Of a DNA stretch of 64,000 nt, positions 48,036 through 57,612 are shown piece by piece. Numbering within the stretch: position 1 is the stretch's first letter; each line of letters opens with the position of its first letter. The position numbers were made by a program, and so were the translations under genes. The notes under the pieces are model-generated. The model worked only from the letters and a program-made list of their open reading frames with translations. It was not told the origin of the DNA and did no database searches. The DNA is from a bacterium (GTDB lineage: Bacteria; Zixibacteria; MSB-5A5; GN15; FEB-12), in assembly GCA_043811375.1 (NCBI GenBank), contig JBDRNJ010000009.1, positions 1 to 64,000 on the forward strand. Reading direction: 5' to 3'.

Positions 48036-48767
48036 TCACAGCTTGACATAGCACCCATCGCGAAATATGGGGACGGTATCGCTGCTGTTTAACTGCGCTG
48101 CGAAGTCGACATCCCCGGCAAATCCCATTTCACAAAGTTCCTGCCCGCTGTCACATTCTTTCAGGATCGGCAGCAGTTCCTCACGCACGCCTGCGAAGGC
48201 GGCCTGGCATACCCGGGCTTCAGCCGACTTCTCGCACTCCAGGTACGAAAGGATGGCTCCGGCACCGAGGTAATCCTCGACAGCAAAACGGATACCTCCG
48301 CCCGACCCGGCTTCCATCAGCCGCTCACCACACACCACCACGGCACAGGAGCGACCCGCATCAAGGACTTCTGACACCGCAGCTGCAGCAGCTTCGGCAT
48401 TGATCAAAGCACCCACGAGCAAAAAAGGCGCCTTTTTGACCAGTCGGCTGCAGGTGCCTCCATTAACGGCATTCAGAACGACTTTCGTACCCGACGGCAC
48501 CCGGCGAAAGGTCAGTGGTGAAAGAGAATACAACCCCCTCTGCGGCACTTCATCTCGGTGAACCGAGGCCACCCCTCCGACCTGTCGCGCCAACTCGGAG
48601 GAGTCTTCCCCTTCGCCACAGGGATAAACCACCGCTCCCCGGCTGACAGCAGTTATTACAGTTGTGGAGAAACTCAGCGTATCCACAATCACAATTGCCT
48701 CTACTGTCTCCGCAGCCAGTTGCGCTCCACTCGAACCCCAGAATAAATGACATCCGCCGCCGGTCAT
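48036..48767 (-). CDS. comB: 2-phosphosulfolactate phosphatase family protein
   Basis: 'VIVDTLSFSTT', 'SLSP', 'NGGTCS', 'VGALINA', 'RFAVEDYLGAGAI', 'SGQEL..GFAGDV'. Confidence 0.85.
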   Translation of the reverse strand: MTGGGCHLFWGSSGAQLAAETVEAIVIVDTLSFSTTVITAVSRGAVVYPCGEGEDSSELARQVGGVASVHRDEVPQRGLYSLSPLTFRRVPSGTKVVLNAVNGGTCSRLVKKAPFLLVGALINAEAAAAAVSEVLDAGRSCAVVVCGERLMEAGSGGGIRFAVEDYLGAGAILSYLECEKSAEARVCQAAFAGVREELLPILKECDSGQELCEMGFAGDVDFAAQLNSSDTVPIFRDGCYVKL

Positions 48768-48855
48768 GTGCTCCAGAGTCCCTGTTTCATGCTTCGTAAT
48801 TGTACTTTGATAATCATTGCGTTATGTGTGTTACTTAATGGGTTACATAAGAATT

Positions 48856-48877
48856 CCCCCCGGCTGCAGCCGGGGGG
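48856..48877. terminator. Strong hairpin downstream of the candidate structured RNA
   Basis: CCCCCCGGC-TGCA-GCCGGGGGG, followed on the minus strand by AATTCTTAT (weak U-tract). Confidence 0.55.
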
Positions 48878-48900
48878 CTCCAAACTTGATAGGTAATGTC

Positions 48901-48981
48901 TGGAAGTTGTCCGCAGTCACTGTCGCTTTTGGCGACGGGGTCGGGACCCTGTCCCTGTATCCCCATTTGCGGCGCTTCCAC
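48901..48981 (-). ncRNA. Candidate structured RNA / riboswitch-like leader of unassigned class
   Basis: Nested stems TGGAAG/CTTCCA, CCGCA/TGCGG, GGGG/CCCC + GGGAC/GTCCC and GTCGC/GCGAC, starting at the predicted TSS. Confidence 0.5.
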
Positions 48982-48986
48982 TATTA

Positions 48987-49015
48987 AGTATAAACATTTT
49001 GAGGTATCTTGTCAA
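48987..49015 (-). promoter_or_regulatory. Near-consensus sigma70 promoter
   Basis: Minus strand TTGACA-N17-TATACT. Confidence 0.75.
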
Positions 49016-49089
49016 GGTAAATCCAGCGATTTTCTGAATACGGTGATGTCAACTCAACCTACCGTGGTTGCTGGTGTAACAAGAGGACT

Positions 49090-50991
49090 TTAGTCGCTGT
49101 CAGCAACATGAAGCTTCACGTAATCCCCGGCAAGGGTGCGAGCTTGACGACAGTGCTGCTTAAAATCACCGAATTGTGCCACAGGCAGTTGATAGGAGTG
49201 GATCTTGGTAATCAACCTGGCTGAGAGATTGTCGGCAGCGATTTCAAAGGAGCGCATGCACGTGCCATGCACGTAGACAGCACTGTCGGTGTTTGGCACT
49301 ACCGCAGAATCGACCACGATACCAGGGTCCCATGTCACAGTAACTTCGTCATACACCGTCCGCGGGTATCCTAAGTCGAGGGGAATCTCCCGGTCCGAGA
49401 GATCAAGTGCCTCTAACCGTGTTTGCCATGAGAATACGAACGGATTAAATCGCAGGGATTGATCCATTTGTCGAACGGGTGAATGTGACAGGGCGCTGAC
49501 ATGGATGGTCACGTTACCGTAGTCATCCCTGGTCGGTGATAAAGACTGTGATGTAATCCGATAGGCACGGGCACCGCCTCTGAAGAGACCTGTAACCCAG
49601 CGCAATCTGTCATCGTGGTCGGCATGCCGAAACCTGGCTACAAGCCAGTGAGCAGAGTTTCCGGTTAATGTCCATTGGGATTCAATGCGGATGCGGTAGT
49701 CAGGCTCGACGTGCACACGTGTATTGCGTCGCCAGGTGTTATTGGTGGCGGTACTGCCTGGAGTCCGGACGATGGCCCCGGCCTGGTCGGTAATCACCAA
49801 AGCATCTATGTCCTCGTCCATCAAGGGCAGATCGCCGAAAGGGCAGTCAAAACATGTGGGGTCCATCCAGATGGTGTCGTTTCCGATAACTGCCATACAG
49901 ATGACATGATTAAACTCCTTAAGAGGGAAATCAACATCAAGACGACCCGCTGACCGAGTAAGCACCAGAACCGGATACGCATCGATTCCGCCCGTGCGCA
50001 GATACGAAATCAGGAGCGTCGTAAGGTCTTTGCAATCACCGTAACCGAGTTCCCGTGTACGGACAGCTTCGTGTGGCTGCCATCCGCCTACACCTTCGTG
50101 AACGGCAATGTAGCGAGTGTTACTGGTGACCATTGAGTACAAGCTGCAAACCAGGGCAGGTTCCTCGACGATGTGGTCATAGATAGTGCTCAAAGTCTCC
50201 GCTGCAAGATATCTGTCATGTGTAAGCTGCCGATACCAGTCGGCGATAGCATTCCAACTCCAGTCGTCACATACGTAACCATCCAGTTCGAACCACTCCG
50301 GTACCAGCACCAGGCGCGCTGGGGCTCTGACTTCAGGCGGGAGGAACTGAGCGCCAGACCGGCGCTGCGCCGGTACATTTTCTGTGATCCATCGATAGAC
50401 AACACGTTTGCCTTTGTGCTCAATATCAGGTTCAACGTCAACGCCATAAGTCTTGTAATGGAAAACGAAGTCGCTGGGACATTCGAGACAGTATTCAACG
50501 TGCCTGGTTGGTACCGCACGTTGCAGGCGAGCGCCAGACCAGAAAAACAGTGTCGATGACTCAGTCTCATATTCGTACTCAATACTGTAAGGGTAACCGG
50601 GTCCCGGTAGCGATATCCAGTATTGACAGTCATCGGTATAGAGAACGTATGATGGTCCATACCCGCAAGCTTTGAGCATGTCCTTCTTCATGCGGGAGTA
50701 TACTTTCTTCCCCTCAGCATCGAAAACCTTTATCCTGACATCCTTCAATCGCTGGTAGCTATCCTCCCAGGCTACAACCGAGGCATAGTCATCGCCCCTG
50801 GGGTTCACGATTGTCAAGTGCGCCTTCGTCCTTAATTTATACCGACCGTCTTTGATGGAACAATCCCATGTGCAGTAATTGTAATAGGCACCCAGCGAAT
50901 CATGAATATCCGCTTTATCAGGCTCAACTGCACCGGCGCTGAGAGATAACAGAACGAGAGCACTGAGGGTAAGTGCCGGGAACATGATCAT
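49090..50991 (-). CDS. Secreted DUF3857 + transglutaminase-like domain protein (catalytic triad intact)
   Basis: 'RYIAV..GGWQPH', 'YGDCKD', 'FNHVI', 'WMDPT'. Confidence 0.85.
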   Translation of the reverse strand: MIMFPALTLSALVLLSLSAGAVEPDKADIHDSLGAYYNYCTWDCSIKDGRYKLRTKAHLTIVNPRGDDYASVVAWEDSYQRLKDVRIKVFDAEGKKVYSRMKKDMLKACGYGPSYVLYTDDCQYWISLPGPGYPYSIEYEYETESSTLFFWSGARLQRAVPTRHVEYCLECPSDFVFHYKTYGVDVEPDIEHKGKRVVYRWITENVPAQRRSGAQFLPPEVRAPARLVLVPEWFELDGYVCDDWSWNAIADWYRQLTHDRYLAAETLSTIYDHIVEEPALVCSLYSMVTSNTRYIAVHEGVGGWQPHEAVRTRELGYGDCKDLTTLLISYLRTGGIDAYPVLVLTRSAGRLDVDFPLKEFNHVICMAVIGNDTIWMDPTCFDCPFGDLPLMDEDIDALVITDQAGAIVRTPGSTATNNTWRRNTRVHVEPDYRIRIESQWTLTGNSAHWLVARFRHADHDDRLRWVTGLFRGGARAYRITSQSLSPTRDDYGNVTIHVSALSHSPVRQMDQSLRFNPFVFSWQTRLEALDLSDREIPLDLGYPRTVYDEVTVTWDPGIVVDSAVVPNTDSAVYVHGTCMRSFEIAADNLSARLITKIHSYQLPVAQFGDFKQHCRQARTLAGDYVKLHVADSD

Positions 50992-52964
50992 TTACCTTGA
51001 GCAGTGAGGAGCACGGGGTCATTGCCAACTCTCGCTACGCGGTCGAACATTTCGCGCACCGTTGCGTACTCACCAACAGCAAACACCGGGCGTGATACAT
51101 CTATCATGTATTGGATCGTGGCTTGCGGTCCGTTGACCTGACACTGTCTTATGAAGTCAATACCATCAATGCGAAACGCAGTGTCGGCCGGAAGAATAAA
51201 TGCACACGATGTGTCCTCAGCCTCTAGAGTAACAATTCCGTGGTAGGTAAACGCGTAATTGAAATCGATGGGAAAGAATCGATAAAAGCTCTCGAAAGGA
51301 TTTCTGCCAAACAGGAAATTAGGTGCCCAAGCGATTAATCCATCATCTTGCTGTGCAGCAAAGCCGTCGAGACGATAGCTCGCCAGAACTTCAAAACGTC
51401 CCAGGCTGTCAAAATCACACTTATGACCCAGCTCCTGCACTTCAGGTAACAGCCCACCGAAAATATACTTGTGGAGAAAATCGTCCGGTGGCATGGATTC
51501 GTACTGCCAGCCGTATTCACTCGCCAGGTACCCGGTCAGCTTGCACGTAGTCGAGCAGGTAGCATTGCCCTCACTATCAATCTTGATCGATGTGACATCG
51601 AATCGGGAGGAGCGGGGATCATTGGTAACGACGCGAACAAGTCCCGATTGCTCGCCATCAACCAGCAGGCCGCCGTCCACCCGGCACTGGGGAGGGAGAG
51701 TCCCGTAAGTGCAATAACGCGATGAAGCATCCAGGTAGATTCCTCCCTGCTCAACTTCAGCAAACAAAATCATGTGGCTGAACTGGTCGAAGCTGATCCA
51801 GTTGGGGTCGAAGCGGGTTCCGTCACGAGGGCAGATCAGGACTGGCCAGGAATCGATACCTGCCTTGCGCAACATCTCAAGTAGCAGCAGATTCTTCTCC
51901 CAGGCACCACCATATCTTTCCTTCCAGAGACCGGACATGTTCTTGTGCCACCGATACGTGGAGTACCTGTCCTGCCTGGTCTCAAAAGAATTGACAACAT
52001 ACTTATAGAGCGCCTTCGACTTGGCGTACTTGGTATCACACTTCCTGGTCAGCTTGCGAATAGTTTCCCGAAAACCACGCGGCAGGGTCAGATAGTCCTT
52101 CACGAAGTCTTCGAATACACTCCCCATCTTGTCCCATGACTCAATAGCCTTGATTGTAACAAAGATACCGACCATCTTTTTGATCTGGATATATACCGCA
52201 GACTGGTAATCCTGCACACATGTCATGAATGGTTCTTCCTTGATCGGAGGCAACTTGGTGAGTGTCCAGGTATAGCAGCGGATCCGGCTGTCCTCGGCAG
52301 CACCTTCAACCTGTCCAGTGCGAGGGCGTTGCCGAGCCGGAGGCAGATTGATCGGGCGATAGACATACTCGCAGTCGTAGTTCAACCCCATAGTGAACTC
52401 GGAGAGTAGCGTGTATACGTGGCGATTGAAATACCATCGATAATAGCCCGGCCACTGGTAATGCATAAACTTGTAGTGATACTCGACAATTGAACCACTA
52501 TCCATAGATGGAAAGGCAAAGACCTGGAAACGCTCGTCATCAATTGTCTTGATTCTGAGGTCTTTCTCATCAACCACGGAGATAGTGCCGTCTGGTGATA
52601 TGGTTTGCGCTTCAAAGACCTCAATACCGGTTTTTTCAGGAAAAGGTATTGACACCTCTCCGATCTCATCAATCCCGGCCCGATTGAGCGCCTTCATACG
52701 GACGTGGCGCTCGAAACTTGTCATTAGAATCAAACCCACCCCCTCGACCTTGAGCGTACAGCAGTCGAACAGTACGAGTGAGTTAGCTGCCGGGAAATCG
52801 GACGGGGCACCCTGGGCACGCTCGAGCTCATCGATAACACCCCAGTCAGCACCTGTTGCTCCGGAAGCGGTAACAAGCAAGAATAGAAGTGTAACTATCT
52901 TGTTTCGAAGATTTGCCGTGGGCCAGCACTCTGGCCAGTCGATCAACCCAGCGCCACTCATCAA
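50988..52964 (-). CDS. Secreted DUF3857 + transglutaminase-like protein lacking the catalytic Cys
   Basis: 'GSIVEYHY', 'LPPIKEEPFM', 'GGAWEKNLLL' at the GDCKD position, 'FSHMI', 'YLDAS'. Start uncertain. Confidence 0.8.
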   Translation of the reverse strand: MMSGAGLIDWPECWPTANLRNKIVTLLFLLVTASGATGADWGVIDELERAQGAPSDFPAANSLVLFDCCTLKVEGVGLILMTSFERHVRMKALNRAGIDEIGEVSIPFPEKTGIEVFEAQTISPDGTISVVDEKDLRIKTIDDERFQVFAFPSMDSGSIVEYHYKFMHYQWPGYYRWYFNRHVYTLLSEFTMGLNYDCEYVYRPINLPPARQRPRTGQVEGAAEDSRIRCYTWTLTKLPPIKEEPFMTCVQDYQSAVYIQIKKMVGIFVTIKAIESWDKMGSVFEDFVKDYLTLPRGFRETIRKLTRKCDTKYAKSKALYKYVVNSFETRQDRYSTYRWHKNMSGLWKERYGGAWEKNLLLLEMLRKAGIDSWPVLICPRDGTRFDPNWISFDQFSHMILFAEVEQGGIYLDASSRYCTYGTLPPQCRVDGGLLVDGEQSGLVRVVTNDPRSSRFDVTSIKIDSEGNATCSTTCKLTGYLASEYGWQYESMPPDDFLHKYIFGGLLPEVQELGHKCDFDSLGRFEVLASYRLDGFAAQQDDGLIAWAPNFLFGRNPFESFYRFFPIDFNYAFTYHGIVTLEAEDTSCAFILPADTAFRIDGIDFIRQCQVNGPQATIQYMIDVSRPVFAVGEYATVREMFDRVARVGNDPVLLTAQGK

Positions 52965-53173
52965 CTGTAAACTAATTAAACATGTTCAACCCTGTCAAGT
53001 ATTTCTTGTAGCGGTCGTTCCACCGGCTGACATTTGTGCTTGACTAAAAAGGCGGCTTTCGGCTAAATTTCACCAGGTATTTTGCGTGCCTTACGGTTTT
53101 TGGAGAGGAAAGATACTATAACATTTCGTCCATCAACTACCTGTTTACCGGCGGGCCGGCGCCGGTGTGTTGA

Positions 53174-53752
53174 TTGAAACCGGGGTTGTATGTGAGCACA
53201 GTTTTTGAAACAACCCGACTCCGCATTCGCCGGCCAACCACTTCACCTGAGGATGTTGATCTCTTGTTTAATCTGTGGACCGACCCGCAGGTGATGGCCG
53301 ACGTCGGTTTCCCCGAGGGGCTGACCATAACACGTGAAGAAGTGAAGTGTCAAGTTGCCGGCTGGAACTCTTCCCCGGACAACGACAGACTGGTGGCGGC
53401 ACTAAAGGAATCGGGACAACTGATCGGAGAATGTAAGTTGGGTAAGCCCGATACCGACGGCACCTGTGAGACCGATGTAAAACTCCTGCCCCGGTTCTGG
53501 GGCCGGGGTCTGGGGACCGAGATCAAGCAGGGACTGGTGGATTACCTGTTCACACACACCGACTGTACTGCCGTCAGAGCCACCCCCAACAGGAATAACA
53601 TTGCCTCTCAGAAAATGCAGGAGGCAGTCGGTGGGAAAGTTGTCGATCAAGGCGTGTACCATTTCCCCAAGCCGTTACGTAGTCAAACCATTGACGTTCC
53701 TTACCTGGTTTATGTGGTAACCCGGGAGGAATGGCAGCGCCGTAGATGCTGA
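53174..53752 (+). CDS. GNAT (RimJ/RimL-like) N-acetyltransferase
   Basis: 'FETTRLRIR', 'FWGRGLGTE', 'NIASQKM'. Start may be GTG 53192. Confidence 0.85.
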   Translation: MKPGLYVSTVFETTRLRIRRPTTSPEDVDLLFNLWTDPQVMADVGFPEGLTITREEVKCQVAGWNSSPDNDRLVAALKESGQLIGECKLGKPDTDGTCETDVKLLPRFWGRGLGTEIKQGLVDYLFTHTDCTAVRATPNRNNIASQKMQEAVGGKVVDQGVYHFPKPLRSQTIDVPYLVYVVTREEWQRRRC

Positions 53753-53862
53753 ATGATCCTCCCTCGAACAGGCTGCTGCCGGCAGCGACACATTGTTATT
53801 GACGGCAGTAACGCTGTCCCTAACTTTGGCACAAAACATACCGGTAAAATGAGAGGTATCTG

Positions 53863-55026
53863 ATGATCAGATCGTTTTCCCCGTCCGTCTTCAAATGGTG
53901 CCCGGTGGCCACGTTGATCCTGGCTCTGAGCGTCTTGTCCCCGGGAGTGTGGATTCTGCCGGCAACGGCCTCTACCGAGGGCGCCGACTCGACAGCAGTC
54001 GTTGTGCTTGACGATGGTCCACATCTTTACCGGCAAAACGACACCTCTGTTATTGCCTTCTACTTGTGTGGTGGCGAGATCGTGCGAAGGACAATGACGG
54101 TGATCGATACTCTACGCTTCCATGGCTTCTGTGCCGACAGTTTGAAAGAGTACGTAATCACTACTGTCGTTCCCGCAGTCGACAGCTTCAGCTTCGAGGG
54201 TGTCTCCCGGATACTGGCTGTCAGTGATATTCATGGCGAATACGAGCACCTGGTGGACATTTTGACTGCCGGTGGCGTCATCGACGACAACGGTCACTGG
54301 TGCTGGGGAGATGGACACCTGGTGGTTGTCGGCGATATCTTTGATCGCGGGAACCGGGTAACGGAGTGTCTGTGGCTGATCTATCGACTCCAGCAGGAGG
54401 CCCGGCACACCGGCGGACGAGTTCATTTCATACTCGGCAATCACGAACTGATGGTTCTGAGAGGTGATAATCGATACGTCAATGACAAATACCTGAAAGG
54501 AATCGTCCGCCGGAGCAGGATATCACACCAGGACCTGTACGGCCCTGATATGGAACTGGGCTGGTGGCTGCGTTCCCTGCCGTCCATAGTCAGGCTCAAC
54601 GGGATCATCTTCGTCCACGCCGGCCTCTCCCCGGCTGTTATGCAGCGGAACCTGGGATTGAAAGACATCAACACTGTCATCCGGGACGGCCTGGACCTCA
54701 GGTCATCACAGGTGGCTTTCAGTGATACCGTGAAGTTCCTGTTCGGTAGTCAGGGACCACTGTGGTACCGTGGTTACCACTACGAAATGGAGAACCGTTA
54801 TGCAATGGCCACCGTGTCTCAACTCGACAGCATCCTGGGGTACTATGCAGCAGTTGCGATTGTCGTCGGTCATACCGAAGTGGACAGTGTGCTGGGATTG
54901 TTTGACGGACGGATAATCGCCGTCGACGTGCCCGTTGACGAACTTGGGGGCTTGCAGGCTCTTCTTTGGGAAAACGGTCGTTTCTATCGAGTCGGTCCTG
55001 CCGGTGAACGGCAGGTGATGGATTAA
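53863..55026 (+). CDS. Secreted calcineurin-like metallophosphoesterase (Shewanella-like phosphatase type)
   Basis: 'SDIHG', 'GDIFDRG', 'GNHE', 'FVHAG', 'GPLWYRG', 'VGHT'. Signal peptide. Confidence 0.88.
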   Translation: MIRSFSPSVFKWCPVATLILALSVLSPGVWILPATASTEGADSTAVVVLDDGPHLYRQNDTSVIAFYLCGGEIVRRTMTVIDTLRFHGFCADSLKEYVITTVVPAVDSFSFEGVSRILAVSDIHGEYEHLVDILTAGGVIDDNGHWCWGDGHLVVVGDIFDRGNRVTECLWLIYRLQQEARHTGGRVHFILGNHELMVLRGDNRYVNDKYLKGIVRRSRISHQDLYGPDMELGWWLRSLPSIVRLNGIIFVHAGLSPAVMQRNLGLKDINTVIRDGLDLRSSQVAFSDTVKFLFGSQGPLWYRGYHYEMENRYAMATVSQLDSILGYYAAVAIVVGHTEVDSVLGLFDGRIIAVDVPVDELGGLQALLWENGRFYRVGPAGERQVMD

Positions 55027-55052
55027 ACCACTCGCGGCGGTCGGCACCGCTG

Positions 55053-56255
55053 CTAATCGCTGGTCATAATGAACAACGGCTGCATCTCGAAACTTTTGTA
55101 TTGGGGTCGCAGCCTGTCGATGTTGTAGTACTTCTCGATGTTGACGAACTTCTTGGTGCTGGTGACTATATCGATCGGTACGTTATCATAACGCCCGTTT
55201 TTTAAGACCACCAGGCGGCCGTGAATCCTCTTCATGATGAGATCCAGGGCCAGGTTGCCGTAAGCCATGGGAACAATGGAATCAATAGCGTCAGGGTCCC
55301 CGCAACGCACCATGTAACCCAGTTTCTGGGTGATGACATCGATGGATCTGCCGCCGTTGAATTCCGGAGACAGCCGCTTCAACTCCGCCGAAACGAGGTC
55401 ACCGATGCCGCCCAGCTTGGCATGTCCGAATGCATCACGGGCCATGTCCTTGTAAACCATCTCGCTGCCTTCAAACATGGCACCTTCCGATACCAGCACC
55501 ACCGAGTATTTGCTGGTGCTGGCGCGACGATCGGCCGTCAGTAATTCGGTCAGACGTTCTACATTGAATCTGTGTTCCGGAATGACGCAGCGGTTAGCGG
55601 CCCCGGCCATGGTCGGCAACATCGCCGTGAATCCCGCGTAGCGACCAAAAACCTCCAGCACCAGAAATCTCTCATGCGAACCGGCGGATGTCCGCAGGCT
55701 TCGCGTCAGCATGATGGTACGGGTAACGCAGGTGCTGAAACCGATACAGTAGTCGGTACCGGGAACGTCGTTGTCCATCGTTTTGGGGATAGCCACGACG
55801 TTGATACCTTCCTTGTAGAGGCGTACAGCATAGCTGAGCGTATCATCGCCACCGATCGGAATGAGGTAGTCAACACCGAGATAATCCAGGTTTTTTAAGA
55901 CTTCCGGTGTCAGATCGTTCATGGGAGCCGAGTAATTATCCTGCAAGTGGGTCGGTACGCTGTCCCGCGGTACATGGGCGGGATGAGTGCGAGAGCTGTG
56001 CAGAAAAGTGCCACCCGTCTGGCCTGCTTTGTTGACTATCTCCTCGGTAAGAATCTGGAAGTTGTCACTGTTATCGACCTTTTTCTGGCGAATCAGATCG
56101 ATGGCACCGGCCCAACCGCGCCTGATGCCGATCACCTGGTACCCCTCCCTGAGAGCTCTGATGGTGATAGCCCTGATGGCCGGATTCAAACCCGGGACGT
56201 CCCCACCGCCGGTCAGAATAGCTATGACACCCTTCTTCTTCTTCACATTTGCCAC
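55053..56255 (-). CDS. pfkA: 6-phosphofructokinase (PfkA family), predicted PPi-dependent
   Basis: 'LTGGGDVPGLN', 'GGTFLHSSR', 'GGDDT', 'PKTMDND', 'EVFGRYAG'. GGAGG before GTG 56255. Confidence 0.92.
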   Translation of the reverse strand: MANVKKKKGVIAILTGGGDVPGLNPAIRAITIRALREGYQVIGIRRGWAGAIDLIRQKKVDNSDNFQILTEEIVNKAGQTGGTFLHSSRTHPAHVPRDSVPTHLQDNYSAPMNDLTPEVLKNLDYLGVDYLIPIGGDDTLSYAVRLYKEGINVVAIPKTMDNDVPGTDYCIGFSTCVTRTIMLTRSLRTSAGSHERFLVLEVFGRYAGFTAMLPTMAGAANRCVIPEHRFNVERLTELLTADRRASTSKYSVVLVSEGAMFEGSEMVYKDMARDAFGHAKLGGIGDLVSAELKRLSPEFNGGRSIDVITQKLGYMVRCGDPDAIDSIVPMAYGNLALDLIMKRIHGRLVVLKNGRYDNVPIDIVTSTKKFVNIEKYYNIDRLRPQYKSFEMQPLFIMTSD

Positions 56256-56594
56256 ACTCAATCCTCCGTTAGTCTGCGGCGCCGTCCGAACCGACTCGTG
56301 CAGCGCCATTCGACCAACAATAACGCACGCTTGCAGAGATTTCGCAAACAATTCCGGACACCGACCCTACATTGCGGAATATCCCCCCTGACGGTCGGAT
56401 TCCCGGGCTACAATTCGAGTTATCGGTCGAGGTACGATATACCTTCACAACCAGGGGCAAGAGCAGCTGTCCTTGACAAGTGACCGGTATGTTTGCACAT
56501 TGGCTTATTAGTCCTGCCCCGACGAGGTTGCGGCCCGGAAATAGGCCGGACACCCGGGACGGACGAGACAATTTCAAACTATGGTGAAATAATT

Positions 56595-57608
56595 TTGGAT
56601 ATTTGGCCCCGACTTTCAGTGGTTATCCCCATCCGCAACGAGGAGCGGTTTATCGCCCGCACGCTCGGTTACGTGCAGAACCAGGACTACCCGGCGGACC
56701 GGGTTGAAATCCTGGTGATTGATGGTGAATCCACTGACCGATCGGTTGACATCGTCAATGAGATTGCGGTTCTTGATCGGCGAGTGCAGTTGCTGCGCAA
56801 TAGCCGACGACTGTCCTCGGCGGCCCGCAATATCGGCGCCCGTCACGCCGGCGGGGAAATCCTGCTCTACATCGACGGACACGTACACATCGAAAACAAT
56901 GATCTGTTCAAGAATGTCGCCCGATTGATGAAGGAAAAAGAGGTGTCAGTTCTGAGCCGTCCGGCTTTTCTGAAAACACCTGATAACGGCTTTTTTCAGA
57001 ATGCTGTGGCGCTGGCCCGAAGGTCACCTCTGGGCCACGGGTTGGATTCAACCGTCTTCACAAGCGAGGAACGGTACGTCAATCCGGAGAGTTCCGGCAC
57101 TTTCTATCGCAGGGAAATCATCGAAGAAGTCGGCTTTTTTGATGAGAGTTTCGACGCTGCTGAGGACTTCGAGTTTAATTACCGGCTTCGCCGGAAGGGG
57201 TATCAGTCATATACATCGCCGAAATTGCAAATCTCCTACTACCCCCGCGATAGCCTGGGCAAACTCTGGCAACAGATGAAACGATACGGCAAAGGGCGCT
57301 GTCAACTCGTCTGGAAACATCCTGACGCGTTTTCACCTGGAGCCGCGATACCGACGGTCCTGGTATTGGGATTACCGCTGCTGTTGTTACTGTCGCTGCT
57401 GATTCCGATGGCTCTGACTGTCACAATCGGTATCTATGGGCTGTACCTGGCCATCATCCTGCTAACGTCAGTTGTCATTGCTGCTCGCAATGGCTGGATT
57501 CACCTGAGGTCACTACCGGGAATATTCCTGGCCATTCACTGGGGAGTAGGCTGGGGTTTCCTGGCTGAAATGTGGCGTCTGATCCGATCTCAGCAGCGGG
57601 CTGGGTGA
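56595..57608 (+). CDS. GT2 family glycosyltransferase (ExoA-like)
   Basis: 'SVVIPIRNEE', 'IDGESTD', 'ARNIG', 'IDGH', 'AEDFEFNYR', 'QMKRYG', C-terminal TMs. Start uncertain (ORF from 56493). Confidence 0.88.
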   Translation: MDIWPRLSVVIPIRNEERFIARTLGYVQNQDYPADRVEILVIDGESTDRSVDIVNEIAVLDRRVQLLRNSRRLSSAARNIGARHAGGEILLYIDGHVHIENNDLFKNVARLMKEKEVSVLSRPAFLKTPDNGFFQNAVALARRSPLGHGLDSTVFTSEERYVNPESSGTFYRREIIEEVGFFDESFDAAEDFEFNYRLRRKGYQSYTSPKLQISYYPRDSLGKLWQQMKRYGKGRCQLVWKHPDAFSPGAAIPTVLVLGLPLLLLLSLLIPMALTVTIGIYGLYLAIILLTSVVIAARNGWIHLRSLPGIFLAIHWGVGWGFLAEMWRLIRSQQRAG

Positions 57609-57612
57609 TGTT

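Noticed and set aside
48901..48981. tRNA-Sec (GGAAG...CTTCC ends) or c-di-AMP riboswitch
   Set aside because: There is no TCA anticodon arm or TTCGA loop, and the conserved 5' GCTGAATCC/GGGGGA part of ydaO is absent.
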